Below are positions 44,768-54,086 of a stretch of DNA of 64,000 bases, piece by piece. A program made the translations under genes and the position numbers. The notes beneath the pieces are model-generated. The model was not told the origin of the DNA, did no database searches, and saw only the letters and a program-made list of their open reading frames with translations. Numbering within the stretch: the stretch's first letter is position 1; each line of letters begins with the position of its first letter. This stretch comes from Methylophaga sp. (GTDB taxonomy: Bacteria > Pseudomonadota > Gammaproteobacteria > Nitrosococcales > Methylophagaceae), in assembly GCA_020831825.1 (NCBI GenBank), contig JAFIFW010000010.1, forward strand, positions 113,243 to 177,242, read 5' to 3'.

Positions 44768-45541
44768 ATGCTGAAACTCATCGACAGCCATTGCCATCTT
44801 GATTTCAAAGCCTTTGACAACGACAGGCCAGCTGTATTGCAACACTGTGAAAGTCTAGGCGTTGCACATATCGTCTTGCCCGGCGTCAGTGTAGCGCAGT
44901 GGCCGAATATGATCTCGCTCTCTCAGCAATTCCATCAGTTGAGCTACGCGCTGGGCTGTCATCCGATGTTTATGACTCAGCATGCAACGGATGCTGTGGA
45001 GCAACTGGATCGCTACATCGTGAAGTATGCTCCCGTCGCCATTGGTGAAATCGGCTTGGATTTTTATCTGCAAGATCATGACAAGTCAGCACAAATAATC
45101 CTGCTGGAAGCTCAGCTAGCTCTGGCAGTAAAACACGCTTTACCGATCATCCTGCATGTTCGCAAGGCACATGATGAGATGCTTAAGTTATTGCGAAAAT
45201 ACCGGCCCATTGGCGGCTCCGTCCATGCTTTCAGCGGCAGTCTGCAGCAAGCACAGCAATATATTGAACTGGGTTTCTGCCTGGGGATTGGTGGCGCATT
45301 AACCTACCCCAGAGCCAATAAATTACGCTCAATGTTTGCGCAACTGCCCTTGTCCAGCATTACTCTGGAAACAGATGCCCCGGACATGCCGTTATCTGGC
45401 AGAAAGGGGCTTCGCAACAGTCCCGAATATTTACCGCTGATTGCCCAACAGCTGGCTGAGTTACGAGATACCCCTGTCGAAACAGTGGCCAACGCGACCA
45501 GTGAAAACAGTCAGCGACTTTTCAGCTTGCCTGTTGGCTGA
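44768..45541 (+). CDS. TatD-family nuclease
   Basis: DSHCH, GEIGLD, LHVRKAH, HAFSGS, LETDAPD. Confidence 0.92.
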   Translation: MLKLIDSHCHLDFKAFDNDRPAVLQHCESLGVAHIVLPGVSVAQWPNMISLSQQFHQLSYALGCHPMFMTQHATDAVEQLDRYIVKYAPVAIGEIGLDFYLQDHDKSAQIILLEAQLALAVKHALPIILHVRKAHDEMLKLLRKYRPIGGSVHAFSGSLQQAQQYIELGFCLGIGGALTYPRANKLRSMFAQLPLSSITLETDAPDMPLSGRKGLRNSPEYLPLIAQQLAELRDTPVETVANATSENSQRLFSLPVG

Positions 45542-45553
45542 TCGATAACTGAG

Positions 45554-45847
45554 TTAGTCGTGGTGATGCCCTATTTCCCCCTCGGTGAACAGATAATCCC
45601 TGAGCTCCTTGTCCATCACCTTGTCGCGCCGACGAATCCATTCCAGAGTCATTGCGGCATGTTCTTTTTCTTCATCGCGGTTGTGTTGCAGAATTTTCTT
45701 CAACTCGGGATCCTTGCAGGCATCCACTCGCTGGTTATACCAATCCACGGCTTCAAGTTCTTCCATCAATGAGACAATTGCCCGATGCATATCCATCGTC
45801 TCATCGGAAAGCTCGCTGACCGGCTCGTGGTAACCTTCATTTGACAT
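45554..45847 (-). CDS. Encapsulin-associated ferritin-like protein (EncFtn/Flp family)
   Basis: HRAIVSLMEELEAVDWYNQR and HNRDEEKEHAAM..EWIRR. Confidence 0.92.
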   Translation of the reverse strand: MSNEGYHEPVSELSDETMDMHRAIVSLMEELEAVDWYNQRVDACKDPELKKILQHNRDEEKEHAAMTLEWIRRRDKVMDKELRDYLFTEGEIGHHHD

Positions 45848-45946
45848 AAATTGCCCTCTCTCTGGCATGGTGTTGAAACATAGAGCGACACTAACATGTC
45901 TTTCTATTGATTGTAAGCGAGCAAACTCTTAACAACAGGAATCGTC

Positions 45947-46861
45947 ATGGCGCAGGGCAGCATTCACGCAATTCTGGATCAACTGAATCACATCATTCTG
46001 GGTAAACCACGTGCAGTCAGGCTGGCTTTGAGCTGTCTGCTGGCAAGAGGCCATCTGTTGATCGAAGATGTGCCCGGTGTTGGAAAAACCACGCTTGCTC
46101 ATGCGCTTGCCAGCACGCTGGGGCTGAGTTTTCAACGGGTTCAGTTTACCAGCGACATGCTGCCAGCAGACATCATCGGTGTTTCGGTATATGACCGGGA
46201 GCAGGGTGTTTTCAGCTTTCATCGCGGCGCGATTTTCTGCCAATTATTACTGGCCGATGAAATCAACCGAGCCTCGCCACGGACGCAAAGTGCATTACTG
46301 GAAGCCATGGAAGAGCAGCAAGTCACTGTCGAAGGTGAGGCGATGCCGCTGAAAGATCCTTTCTTTGTCATCGCCACTCAAAATCCAACGCATCAGATCG
46401 GCACATTTCCATTACCCGAATCCCAACTGGATCGTTTTCTGATGCGCATTGCCATTGGTTATCCCGATGCTCAAGCAGAACATGATCTACTCAAGGGAGA
46501 AGATCGCCGAAATCTGCTGCAACACCAGTCATCACAGCTCAGCGTTTCGGAGCTACTGAATCTTCAACAGCAGGTCAACAAACTGACCGCCAGTGATCAG
46601 CTGATTCATTATGTGCAGGCGCTTTTGAATTACACACGCGAATCCGGGCGCTTTGTCTCAGGCTTGTCACCTCGAGCCGGTTTAGGGCTGGTCAGGGCAG
46701 CTAAAGCGTGGGCATGCATCGACGGCAGAGATTTTGTCCTGCCTGAAGATGTGCAGAGTGTTTTGCCCAGCGTGGTCGAGCACCGCCTGCAACTCAACGA
46801 TAGCAGCCTGCAAGCTGACTGGTTGAGCGAAATGCTGCAAACGGTGCCGATTCCTCGCTGA
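45947..46861 (+). CDS. MoxR-family AAA+ ATPase
   Basis: EDVPGVGKT, DEINRA, ATQNP, LPESQLDRF. Confidence 0.93.
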   Translation: MAQGSIHAILDQLNHIILGKPRAVRLALSCLLARGHLLIEDVPGVGKTTLAHALASTLGLSFQRVQFTSDMLPADIIGVSVYDREQGVFSFHRGAIFCQLLLADEINRASPRTQSALLEAMEEQQVTVEGEAMPLKDPFFVIATQNPTHQIGTFPLPESQLDRFLMRIAIGYPDAQAEHDLLKGEDRRNLLQHQSSQLSVSELLNLQQQVNKLTASDQLIHYVQALLNYTRESGRFVSGLSPRAGLGLVRAAKAWACIDGRDFVLPEDVQSVLPSVVEHRLQLNDSSLQADWLSEMLQTVPIPR

Positions 46862-47823
46862 TGCAATTTATTCTGTCCAGATTCCGCCGCGCACGCAGTC
46901 AGCCAAGGGTATTCATCCTACCCAATCGTTACGGTTACGGCTTCGCCTCGCTGTTGGTTGTGATGTTGTTGGGTGCCATCAACTACAACAATAGTCTGGC
47001 GCATTTACTGGTGTTCTTGCTGGCTGCGATGGGGCACGTCGCCATGCATCATTGTTACCGCAATGTCAGCCGGCTGAGCTGCAAACCGGGTAAGGCCAAT
47101 AACAGCTTCGCCGGCAGTCATATCCAATTGCCAATCAATGTCAGCAATAGCTCTGCTCACCCCATTTGCCAGATTGCGATTGCCAGTATGGATAACGAGA
47201 AATTTCGCAGTTGGCTACCGTTTCGTCACTTCACTCGATACCGACTACGACAACAATTAGTCCGGCTGGAGCCACAGCAGTCTCAGACACTGTCGCTGCC
47301 AATCCCGGCCAAACAACGTGGCTGGCAAAAAATTGGCCGCTTGAGAGTATCGAGTGTTTACCCGCTAGGCCTGCTCAACTGCTGGTTTTTTCTGGAAATA
47401 GACGATGAAGTGCTGATTTATCCAAAACCATTCGGCAACAAGCCTATGCCAAATGCCGGTGAAGGTGATGAAGGCAAAGCCATGACACAAATGGCCGGTA
47501 ATGATGACTTTGCCGGTTTTCGTCGCTTCAGGCCTGGCGAAAACCATCATCAAATTGCCTGGAAGGCACTGGCGCGTGATGACATCCTCCGTACCAAGCA
47601 ATACACAATGCCCAGCGCATATCATCGGCAGTTTCGCTGGCAGGATGTTGCAGACATTGTTGGCACTGAAAATAAACTATCGCAACTGTGCCAGTGGATA
47701 TGTAATGCCTACCAGCAAGGCAGTCGTTTTTCGTTGCAATTACCCGGCCTGTCGATTGCCGCCGGAAACGACAGCGCACACTTTCACCGTTGTCTAAGAG
47801 CGCTGGCCGTTTATGAAGGCTAG
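46861..47823 (+). CDS. DUF58 membrane protein
   Basis: GAINYNNS, YPLGL, DDFAGFR.F.PGE...IAWKA. Confidence 0.85.
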   Translation: MQFILSRFRRARSQPRVFILPNRYGYGFASLLVVMLLGAINYNNSLAHLLVFLLAAMGHVAMHHCYRNVSRLSCKPGKANNSFAGSHIQLPINVSNSSAHPICQIAIASMDNEKFRSWLPFRHFTRYRLRQQLVRLEPQQSQTLSLPIPAKQRGWQKIGRLRVSSVYPLGLLNCWFFLEIDDEVLIYPKPFGNKPMPNAGEGDEGKAMTQMAGNDDFAGFRRFRPGENHHQIAWKALARDDILRTKQYTMPSAYHRQFRWQDVADIVGTENKLSQLCQWICNAYQQGSRFSLQLPGLSIAAGNDSAHFHRCLRALAVYEG

Positions 47824-49861
47824 TCGTCCAGCACCTCCAACGGTGGCTATCAACTGGTTGATGGCTACACTGGTATTGATTGCCCTTCCCCACTTTCTGC
47901 ACCTACCCGCCTGGCTGAGCATTATTTTTCTTGCAGTCATGGGCTGGCGTCTGATGAACAGCTTGCGTGGCTGGCCATTACCTGAACATCACCTGCTACT
48001 CCGGGCCGTGCATTTATCGTTGGCAATCATCGCGGTGGTGTTGGTGATCGCGCAATACGGCATGACCATCGCCCGAGATGCCGGGGTGGCCCTGCTCACG
48101 GTACTACTGGCCTTCAAACTACTGGAAACCCGGGATATCCGGGATTATTACCTCAGCTGTTTTTTAGGCTTCTTTCTGATCGCAACCCAATTTTTCTTCC
48201 AGCAATCGATGCTGATTGTGCTGTTAATGATGGTGAATGTGCTGCTGCTGACCAGCTGCATGATCAGCGTCAATGATGCCAGCAGCTCGATCCGTCAGAG
48301 AATCAAAACTTCAGGTGTTTTGCTGCTCCAAGCCACGCCCATGATGCTGTTGCTGTTTGTACTGTTTCCCCGCGTGCCCGGCCCATTATGGGGCGTCGCC
48401 AATGATTATGTTGAAGTCGCAGACAGCATGCCCTCTCGCATGACGCTTGGCGGACTACCATCGCTGTCGCAGGGGCAGACCGGCATTTCAGAGGCCATGC
48501 AGGTGGGCAGAATCAGTGACCTGGTCCAATCTGATGCTATCGCCTTTCGGGTCAGGTTTGCCGATAACAAAATTCCGTCCAATCAGATTTTGTATTGGCG
48601 TGGCCCTGTGCTCTGGCATACCGATGGTGAACAGTGGCAACCGCTGTCAACTGACACGCAGTCGTCACAGCCTGAAATTTCATTTGATGAACAGCATCGC
48701 ATTGACTACACGGTGACGATGGAGCGCCACAATCAACAGTGGTTATTTGCGCTGGATCTGCCTGACAGCTTACCGCAAGGAATCAATGCGGCGATGAATA
48801 GTGAAGGCAGTCTCATCAGCTCGGAAGTGATTCGCAAGCGCAGCCAGTTCAATCTGAGTTCTGTCCCTCATTATCAATTCAACGCACGCCATGATCCCTT
48901 GTTGAATTACGCACTGGAGCTGCCCGACGATCAACACCCTCAGGCTCGGCAACTGGCTCAGCAATTACGTACGCATTATCCAGAAAAAACCGACTACGTT
49001 CAGGCCGTGCTGAACTATTTTTCCGAGCAACCGTTTTATTACACACTATCCCCACCGCTGTTATCAGGTGATGTGATTGACAGCTTTTTGTTTGAGAGTC
49101 GCCACGGTTTTTGCGAACACTATGCTGCCAGTTTCACTGTGCTGATGCGTGCCGCCGACATACCCGCCAGGGTAGTCATTGGTTATCAGGGCGGCGATGT
49201 GAATTCTGTGGATCAAATATTAACTGTGCGTCAGCGCGACGCACATGCCTGGACTGAAATATGGCTGGCCGAGCAAGGTTGGATCAGAGTCGATCCCACC
49301 TCAGCGGTCGCCAGCGAGCGTATTTTATCCGGTATTCGCGGATTATTGCCTTCAGAAAGACGCATGCCCCGCGCCTTTGCTGACAGTCCGGAACTGGAAA
49401 ACCTCTGGCAACAACTCAGAGAACACTGGGAAGCAGTCAACAACGCCTGGGAGTTGTGGGTGGTCGGTTATGACCCGACAAGACAGCTCGAACTGTTACG
49501 CAAGCTGGGCATGAAACAGCCTGACTGGCGCTCAATGGCAAAGTGGCTGACGATTGGCATGCTGCTGATTTTCATAACACTCGCATGGCTGACGCTGCGC
49601 CACAAAACACAGCGTGATTCTGTTGCCGAGGCTTATCTGGATTTCTGCCGTCGTTTATCAAAAAGCGGAGTGTCCGTTAATCCGGCGGAAGGGCCTATGA
49701 CTCTGGCACAAAAGGCGGCTCAACATTTGCCAGAAGCTGCGGTAGATATTCAAGCAATTACCAGTGACTATCTGGCGGTGAGATATCAGCAACAACCCGA
49801 CAAAGCAGCGCACTTTATCGAAAAGGTCCGTCGCTTCAAACCAGGCAACCATTCCAGATAA
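47813..49861 (+). CDS. TgpA-like transglutaminase-domain membrane protein
   Basis: FPR..GPLW, YWRG, triad GFCEHYA / HAWTE / DPT. Confidence 0.9.
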   Translation: MKASRPAPPTVAINWLMATLVLIALPHFLHLPAWLSIIFLAVMGWRLMNSLRGWPLPEHHLLLRAVHLSLAIIAVVLVIAQYGMTIARDAGVALLTVLLAFKLLETRDIRDYYLSCFLGFFLIATQFFFQQSMLIVLLMMVNVLLLTSCMISVNDASSSIRQRIKTSGVLLLQATPMMLLLFVLFPRVPGPLWGVANDYVEVADSMPSRMTLGGLPSLSQGQTGISEAMQVGRISDLVQSDAIAFRVRFADNKIPSNQILYWRGPVLWHTDGEQWQPLSTDTQSSQPEISFDEQHRIDYTVTMERHNQQWLFALDLPDSLPQGINAAMNSEGSLISSEVIRKRSQFNLSSVPHYQFNARHDPLLNYALELPDDQHPQARQLAQQLRTHYPEKTDYVQAVLNYFSEQPFYYTLSPPLLSGDVIDSFLFESRHGFCEHYAASFTVLMRAADIPARVVIGYQGGDVNSVDQILTVRQRDAHAWTEIWLAEQGWIRVDPTSAVASERILSGIRGLLPSERRMPRAFADSPELENLWQQLREHWEAVNNAWELWVVGYDPTRQLELLRKLGMKQPDWRSMAKWLTIGMLLIFITLAWLTLRHKTQRDSVAEAYLDFCRRLSKSGVSVNPAEGPMTLAQKAAQHLPEAAVDIQAITSDYLAVRYQQQPDKAAHFIEKVRRFKPGNHSR

Positions 49862-49965
49862 CACGCTGCCAACCGGTGTCCCCGACCCGTATAATTTTTG
49901 CATCCAATAGCTGGATGATCAGAAAATATCCGGCTGAACCCCTGAATTGATCTGAGGATACTGTA

Positions 49966-50715
49966 ATGGCGCATGCAAAGCCGCTGTTTGAGCGAACCCA
50001 TATTTTGATTGGCGATACAGGCATCGAGCGCCTGCAAAACAGCCATGTTTTCCTTGCAGGGATGGGTGGAGTCGGCTCTTTTACTGCGGAAGCACTGGCC
50101 AGAATGGGCGTCGGTCGTATAACCCTGGTTGATCATGATATCGTGTCAGGCTCCAACCTGAACCGCCAACTGGTTGCGCTCAACTCCACGGTCGGACAAC
50201 TCAAGGCAGAGGTGATGGCTGCCCGGATTCGGGATATTAACCCAGACTGTGAACTCACCCTGCTCACTGATTTTCTGACACCCGACACCATACCGGTCAT
50301 TCTTGCTGAAGGTGGATATGATGTCGTGGTGGATGCCATTGACAGCCTGAGCAGCAAGGCAGCGTTGGTAGAAACAGCCTGGCAAATGCAACTGGCGATA
50401 TTTTCCAGCATGGGCGCAGGCGGAAAGATGGATCCTACTCAGGTTCGTACCGGTGATCTGATGGACACCTCCATCTGCAAGCTGGCAAAACAACTGCGTT
50501 CCACCTTGCGTAAACGTCGCGTGGGTCGCGGTGTGCAGACCGTCTACTCCCTGGAATCCCCTATTCCGCCGCTGCCACCTGAGCCGGTCAGTCGTGGACG
50601 TGCCCGAGCCGTCAATGGCACCGTCAGTTATATGCCCTCTATTTTTGGCTTAACTCTGGCTGGCATGGTTATCAATCATTTGGTGGGCGATGCCCGACGT
50701 CAGCCTGTCCAGTGA
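49966..50715 (+). CDS. tcdA: tRNA threonylcarbamoyladenosine dehydratase (ThiF/E1 family)
   Basis: GMGGVGS..AEALAR.GVG, SNLNRQ, DAIDS, SSMGAGGK.DP. Confidence 0.88.
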   Translation: MAHAKPLFERTHILIGDTGIERLQNSHVFLAGMGGVGSFTAEALARMGVGRITLVDHDIVSGSNLNRQLVALNSTVGQLKAEVMAARIRDINPDCELTLLTDFLTPDTIPVILAEGGYDVVVDAIDSLSSKAALVETAWQMQLAIFSSMGAGGKMDPTQVRTGDLMDTSICKLAKQLRSTLRKRRVGRGVQTVYSLESPIPPLPPEPVSRGRARAVNGTVSYMPSIFGLTLAGMVINHLVGDARRQPVQ

Positions 50716-51224
50716 CTGACAAGGTGATTGATGAACAGGCGGTGCTCAGCTGCACTGCTGAACTGAAATCTCAATTAAAAGAACTGCTCGGAAACTATGG
50801 GATCGACATTGTCAGTGTCGACCCAGGACAATCGATCCCCGGCAGTTTTTTTGGTGAACGTGAAGCCGGGCTCATCGGCCATCAATTATTTGTGCGAGAT
50901 GACACCCCGGTTCATTCTGCCCTGCATGAAGCCTGTCACTATATCTGCATGGACAAGCATCGTCGCAGCAGAGTCGATACCGATGCCGAAGGTGACTACG
51001 ATGAAGAAAATGCGGTGTGCTATCTGCAAATTCTGTTAAGCGACAAACTGCCTTCAATGGGCAGCCAGCGGATGTTGCTGGATATGGATCGATGGGGCTA
51101 TAGCTTCAGATTGGGCAGTGCAGCGGCCTGGTTTAAACAGGATGCAGAGGACGCACGACAATGGCTACAAACCCAACAGCTCATTGATAAAAACAATGCT
51201 GTCACGGGCAGGCTAAGACAGTGA
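50712..51224 (+). CDS. Hypothetical HExxH metalloprotein, EpmC-like motif
   Basis: GTG overlaps tcdA stop (GTGA); SALHEACHY..RR..VD, then DEENAV. Confidence 0.75.
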   Translation: MTDKVIDEQAVLSCTAELKSQLKELLGNYGIDIVSVDPGQSIPGSFFGEREAGLIGHQLFVRDDTPVHSALHEACHYICMDKHRRSRVDTDAEGDYDEENAVCYLQILLSDKLPSMGSQRMLLDMDRWGYSFRLGSAAAWFKQDAEDARQWLQTQQLIDKNNAVTGRLRQ

Positions 51225-51253
51225 TTGCATCGCTAAAATCAAGCCTCTATAAT
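51225..51253 (+). promoter_or_regulatory. Sigma-70 promoter of riboswitch transcript
   Basis: TTGCAT-N17-TATAAT. Confidence 0.75.
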
Positions 51254-51262
51254 TGCCAACGT

Positions 51263-51371
51263 CTTGGGGGAGTAGTCTACCCACCTCGGTGAGTGAATCT
51301 GTCAACATACTTGTGCCCTCATTGGCACATGGCAGATTCGTATCGTAACCACGATACTGACAAGACCTAAG
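51263..51371 (+). ncRNA. yybP-ykoY Mn2+ riboswitch
   Basis: GGGGAGTAG, GTCAACATAC loop, CAAGACC closing strand; upstream of a UPF0016 gene. Confidence 0.9.
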
Positions 51372-51442
51372 GTAAGCAGCGACTCGTTTTGGCGGGAAGT
51401 CGACGTTTACCTTTGGTACTGTCCCGCCGGAGAAAAAATCAC

Positions 51443-51997
51443 ATGGAAGCTTTTCTTGTCTCTACCACCACGGTAGCACTTGCCGAAATCGGCGACAAAA
51501 CCCAACTGTTATCACTGATTCTAGCGGCGCGCTTTCGTGCACCACTTGCCATTATTCTCGGCATTCTGGTCGCGACTCTACTCAATCATGCCTTGTCTGC
51601 CTGGCTGGGAATCTGGATCACAAGCCTGATCAGTGCTGAAACTGGCAGAATTCTGGTGGCAATCAGTTTTCTGTTGGTCGCTGCCTGGATTCTGATTCCC
51701 GACAAACAGGATGACAAACCCGGCTTGTTCAGTCGCATGGGCGCTTTCTGGGCAACCACCTTGTTATTTTTCCTCGCTGAAATCGGTGATAAAACTCAAG
51801 TGGCCACAGTGATTCTGGCGGCACAATATCAAAGTCTGATCTGGGTAACCCTGGGCACAACGCTGGGTATGTTACTGGCAAATATTCCGGTGGTGCTGTT
51901 TGGACAACAACTGATGAAAAGAATGCCGCTTAAACTGGCCCGATATAGCGCCAGTACCGTGTTTATGGTCCTGGGCGTTGCGACCCTGCTGTTTTGA
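51443..51997 (+). CDS. TMEM165/GDT1 (UPF0016) Mn2+ exporter
   Basis: Two EIGDKTQ motifs; GGAG RBS. Confidence 0.93.
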   Translation: MEAFLVSTTTVALAEIGDKTQLLSLILAARFRAPLAIILGILVATLLNHALSAWLGIWITSLISAETGRILVAISFLLVAAWILIPDKQDDKPGLFSRMGAFWATTLLFFLAEIGDKTQVATVILAAQYQSLIWVTLGTTLGMLLANIPVVLFGQQLMKRMPLKLARYSASTVFMVLGVATLLF

Positions 51998-52103
51998 AAA
52001 AGACTAAAAGCCTGTATTTTTAGGACATCCTGTTTTGTAATCTGTCACTGACAGATTTTCAATCAGCATCCGAATAGTCAGAAATTTTGCCAGAGGAGAC
52101 TTT

Positions 52104-52595
52104 ATGTCAATTACATCCGCCGTGACCGAGTTACTGGAGCAACATGGCATCAGCTTTGAAATCATCAGCATTCCGCTGTCTGAGGATCAAAAGCCGATTC
52201 GCAATCTTGAAGCCCTGTTAAGCGAACAAGGCAAAAATCCAGACTCGGTGGTCAGAAGTCTGTTGTTCAAAACAGGGACTGATCATTTTGTGTTACTTGC
52301 TGTGGCCGGAGCTGGGCGTGCGGATTGGGCAACTCTGCGCAAACAGCTGGGGGAAAAGAAACTCAGAATGGCTGAATATGATGAAGTGTCCAGCGCCACT
52401 GGCTTTGTGGTCGGTGCGGTGCCGCCAATTGCTCTGCCTGAGTCGGTCACAGTGTTGGCAGACAACAGTGCCTTTGGCTTTGATGAGGTGATTATTGGCA
52501 GTGGCGTACTCGGTTATGCCATCGGACTCAAATCCAGCGACTTGAGAAAGGTGATGTCGGAAGTTGTGACCGGTGAATTTGTAAAGACAGATTAA
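52104..52595 (+). CDS. YbaK/EbsC aminoacyl-tRNA editing family
   Basis: VVRSLLF, TGFVVGAVPP, IGSG. Confidence 0.82.
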   Translation: MSITSAVTELLEQHGISFEIISIPLSEDQKPIRNLEALLSEQGKNPDSVVRSLLFKTGTDHFVLLAVAGAGRADWATLRKQLGEKKLRMAEYDEVSSATGFVVGAVPPIALPESVTVLADNSAFGFDEVIIGSGVLGYAIGLKSSDLRKVMSEVVTGEFVKTD

Positions 52596-52657
52596 GAAAA
52601 AACCATGTGTTGTACTCCATCGTCGCCCTTCATGGTGGCGATGAAGTGCTACAGAAG

Positions 52658-53595
52658 CTAGATACTTAGCTTTTGATTGCGACCAGCATCTTTAGCCCCA
52701 TAGAGCCGCTGATCAACCAGATCGACAAAATCCTTTTGCTTATCACCATGCACCGGCACGATAGTGCCAATGCCCATACTCACCGTCAGGCAGTCACTGA
52801 CTTTTGAGCCTTGATGAGGAATCTCTAATTTCGCAATCAATTCCTGACAGCGTTCGGCAATTTTTTCAGCCGCTTCAGCATCTGTTTCAGGCAAGACAAA
52901 AATAAACTCTTCACCACCAAAACGAGCAAAGAAGTCACGAGCTCGAGTGGCAGCTGCACCTAAAGTTTGCGCGACCAGCTTAAGACAGTCATCGCCACGC
53001 AAATGACCGTAACAATCGTTGTATTCCTTGAAAAAATCAATATCCAGCAAGATCAAACTCAATGGCTGTTGGCTGCGCCGGGCATTTGACCATTCCAAAT
53101 CCAGAATCGAATCAAACATCCGACGATTGGCAACTCCGGTCAGGCCATCCTTGAAAGACAAATCCTCCAGCTCTTTTTTAAAACGACCAGTCTTTCTTCG
53201 GTTTTCTTGCGCTCACTGATATCAAACATAAAACCAATTAAGGAGTCGACGCTGCCATCGTCCCTGCGCACAACATGCACCACATCACGAATCCAGACAT
53301 AATCACCATTACTGGTCAGTGCACGATAATCTGCTTCATGGTCAATGCCCGCCTTGGACTGTGTCATACAGAAGTTGGCAACGCGTTCCCGATCATCCTC
53401 ATGCATTCGAGTGATCCAGTCATCAACACTTTTCCAGCTCTCACGCTCCCAGCCCAGCAATTCCTTGATTTGTGGGCCTATGTAGACAAACTGCATGCTG
53501 TCCCAGTCGATTTTCCACGGAATCGCCTTGGTGGATTCCAGCAAGGTTTTGTAAACCGTGCTGTCATCGTTCATCTCGTTAGTCGTGATGCTCAT
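52658..53595 (-). pseudogene. PAS-GGDEF diguanylate cyclase split by a -1 frameshift (pseudogene, assembly error or recoded)
   Basis: PAS ORF (..DISERKKTEERLVVLKK) continues in the -1 frame as ELEDLSFKDGLTG..RARD..GGEEF; junction A_AAA_AAG at 53179-53173. Confidence 0.75.
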
Positions 53596-53701
53596 ATTCA
53601 ATTTCCATCTGTTCCGTGAATCTATTAGCCAGCCGTGTTGCCTCAAAATGAGATAATCGAACGTCAGCTTCTAACTGAAGTCACATCATAAAGGAGGTGC
53701 C

Positions 53702-54058
53702 GTGATGCGAATAGCAAACTACAAACAAATTTTACCTGTTGTGCTGTTGACTGCGCTGTTGCCAACTACTGTAATCGCTGAACCCAAAGTGTTGATTCAC
53801 ATTCAGGGTCAAGGTTATGTTGATAGCCAAAAATATCATTCACAATACCGTGGTACTCGACCCTATCACCCTTATGCTTATGGTGCGACCGGCATTCCTG
53901 GTCATCGATCTTTTGGCGCTCAGCAACAGTTTCGTCCACATCAACCGCCACATGCAGGACGCCATCAGGTTCAGCCGCCTACCGTGGCACCGGATTCCAA
54001 TGTCCGCCCACGCAACAACAACCGCCATCACAGCTATAACTTTTACCGAGGCCGATAG
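53702..54058 (+). CDS. Exported low-complexity hypothetical protein
   Basis: AAGGAGG RBS, signal peptide, Q/H/P/R/Y/G-rich body. Confidence 0.6.
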   Translation: MMRIANYKQILPVVLLTALLPTTVIAEPKVLIHIQGQGYVDSQKYHSQYRGTRPYHPYAYGATGIPGHRSFGAQQQFRPHQPPHAGRHQVQPPTVAPDSNVRPRNNNRHHSYNFYRGR

Positions 54059-54086
54059 ACCTTAGCGTTCGATCAGCTTATTTGAG

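Noticed and set aside
45947-49861. moxR-DUF58-transglutaminase as a novel system
   Set aside because: A widespread, already recognised gene triad; annotated as features only
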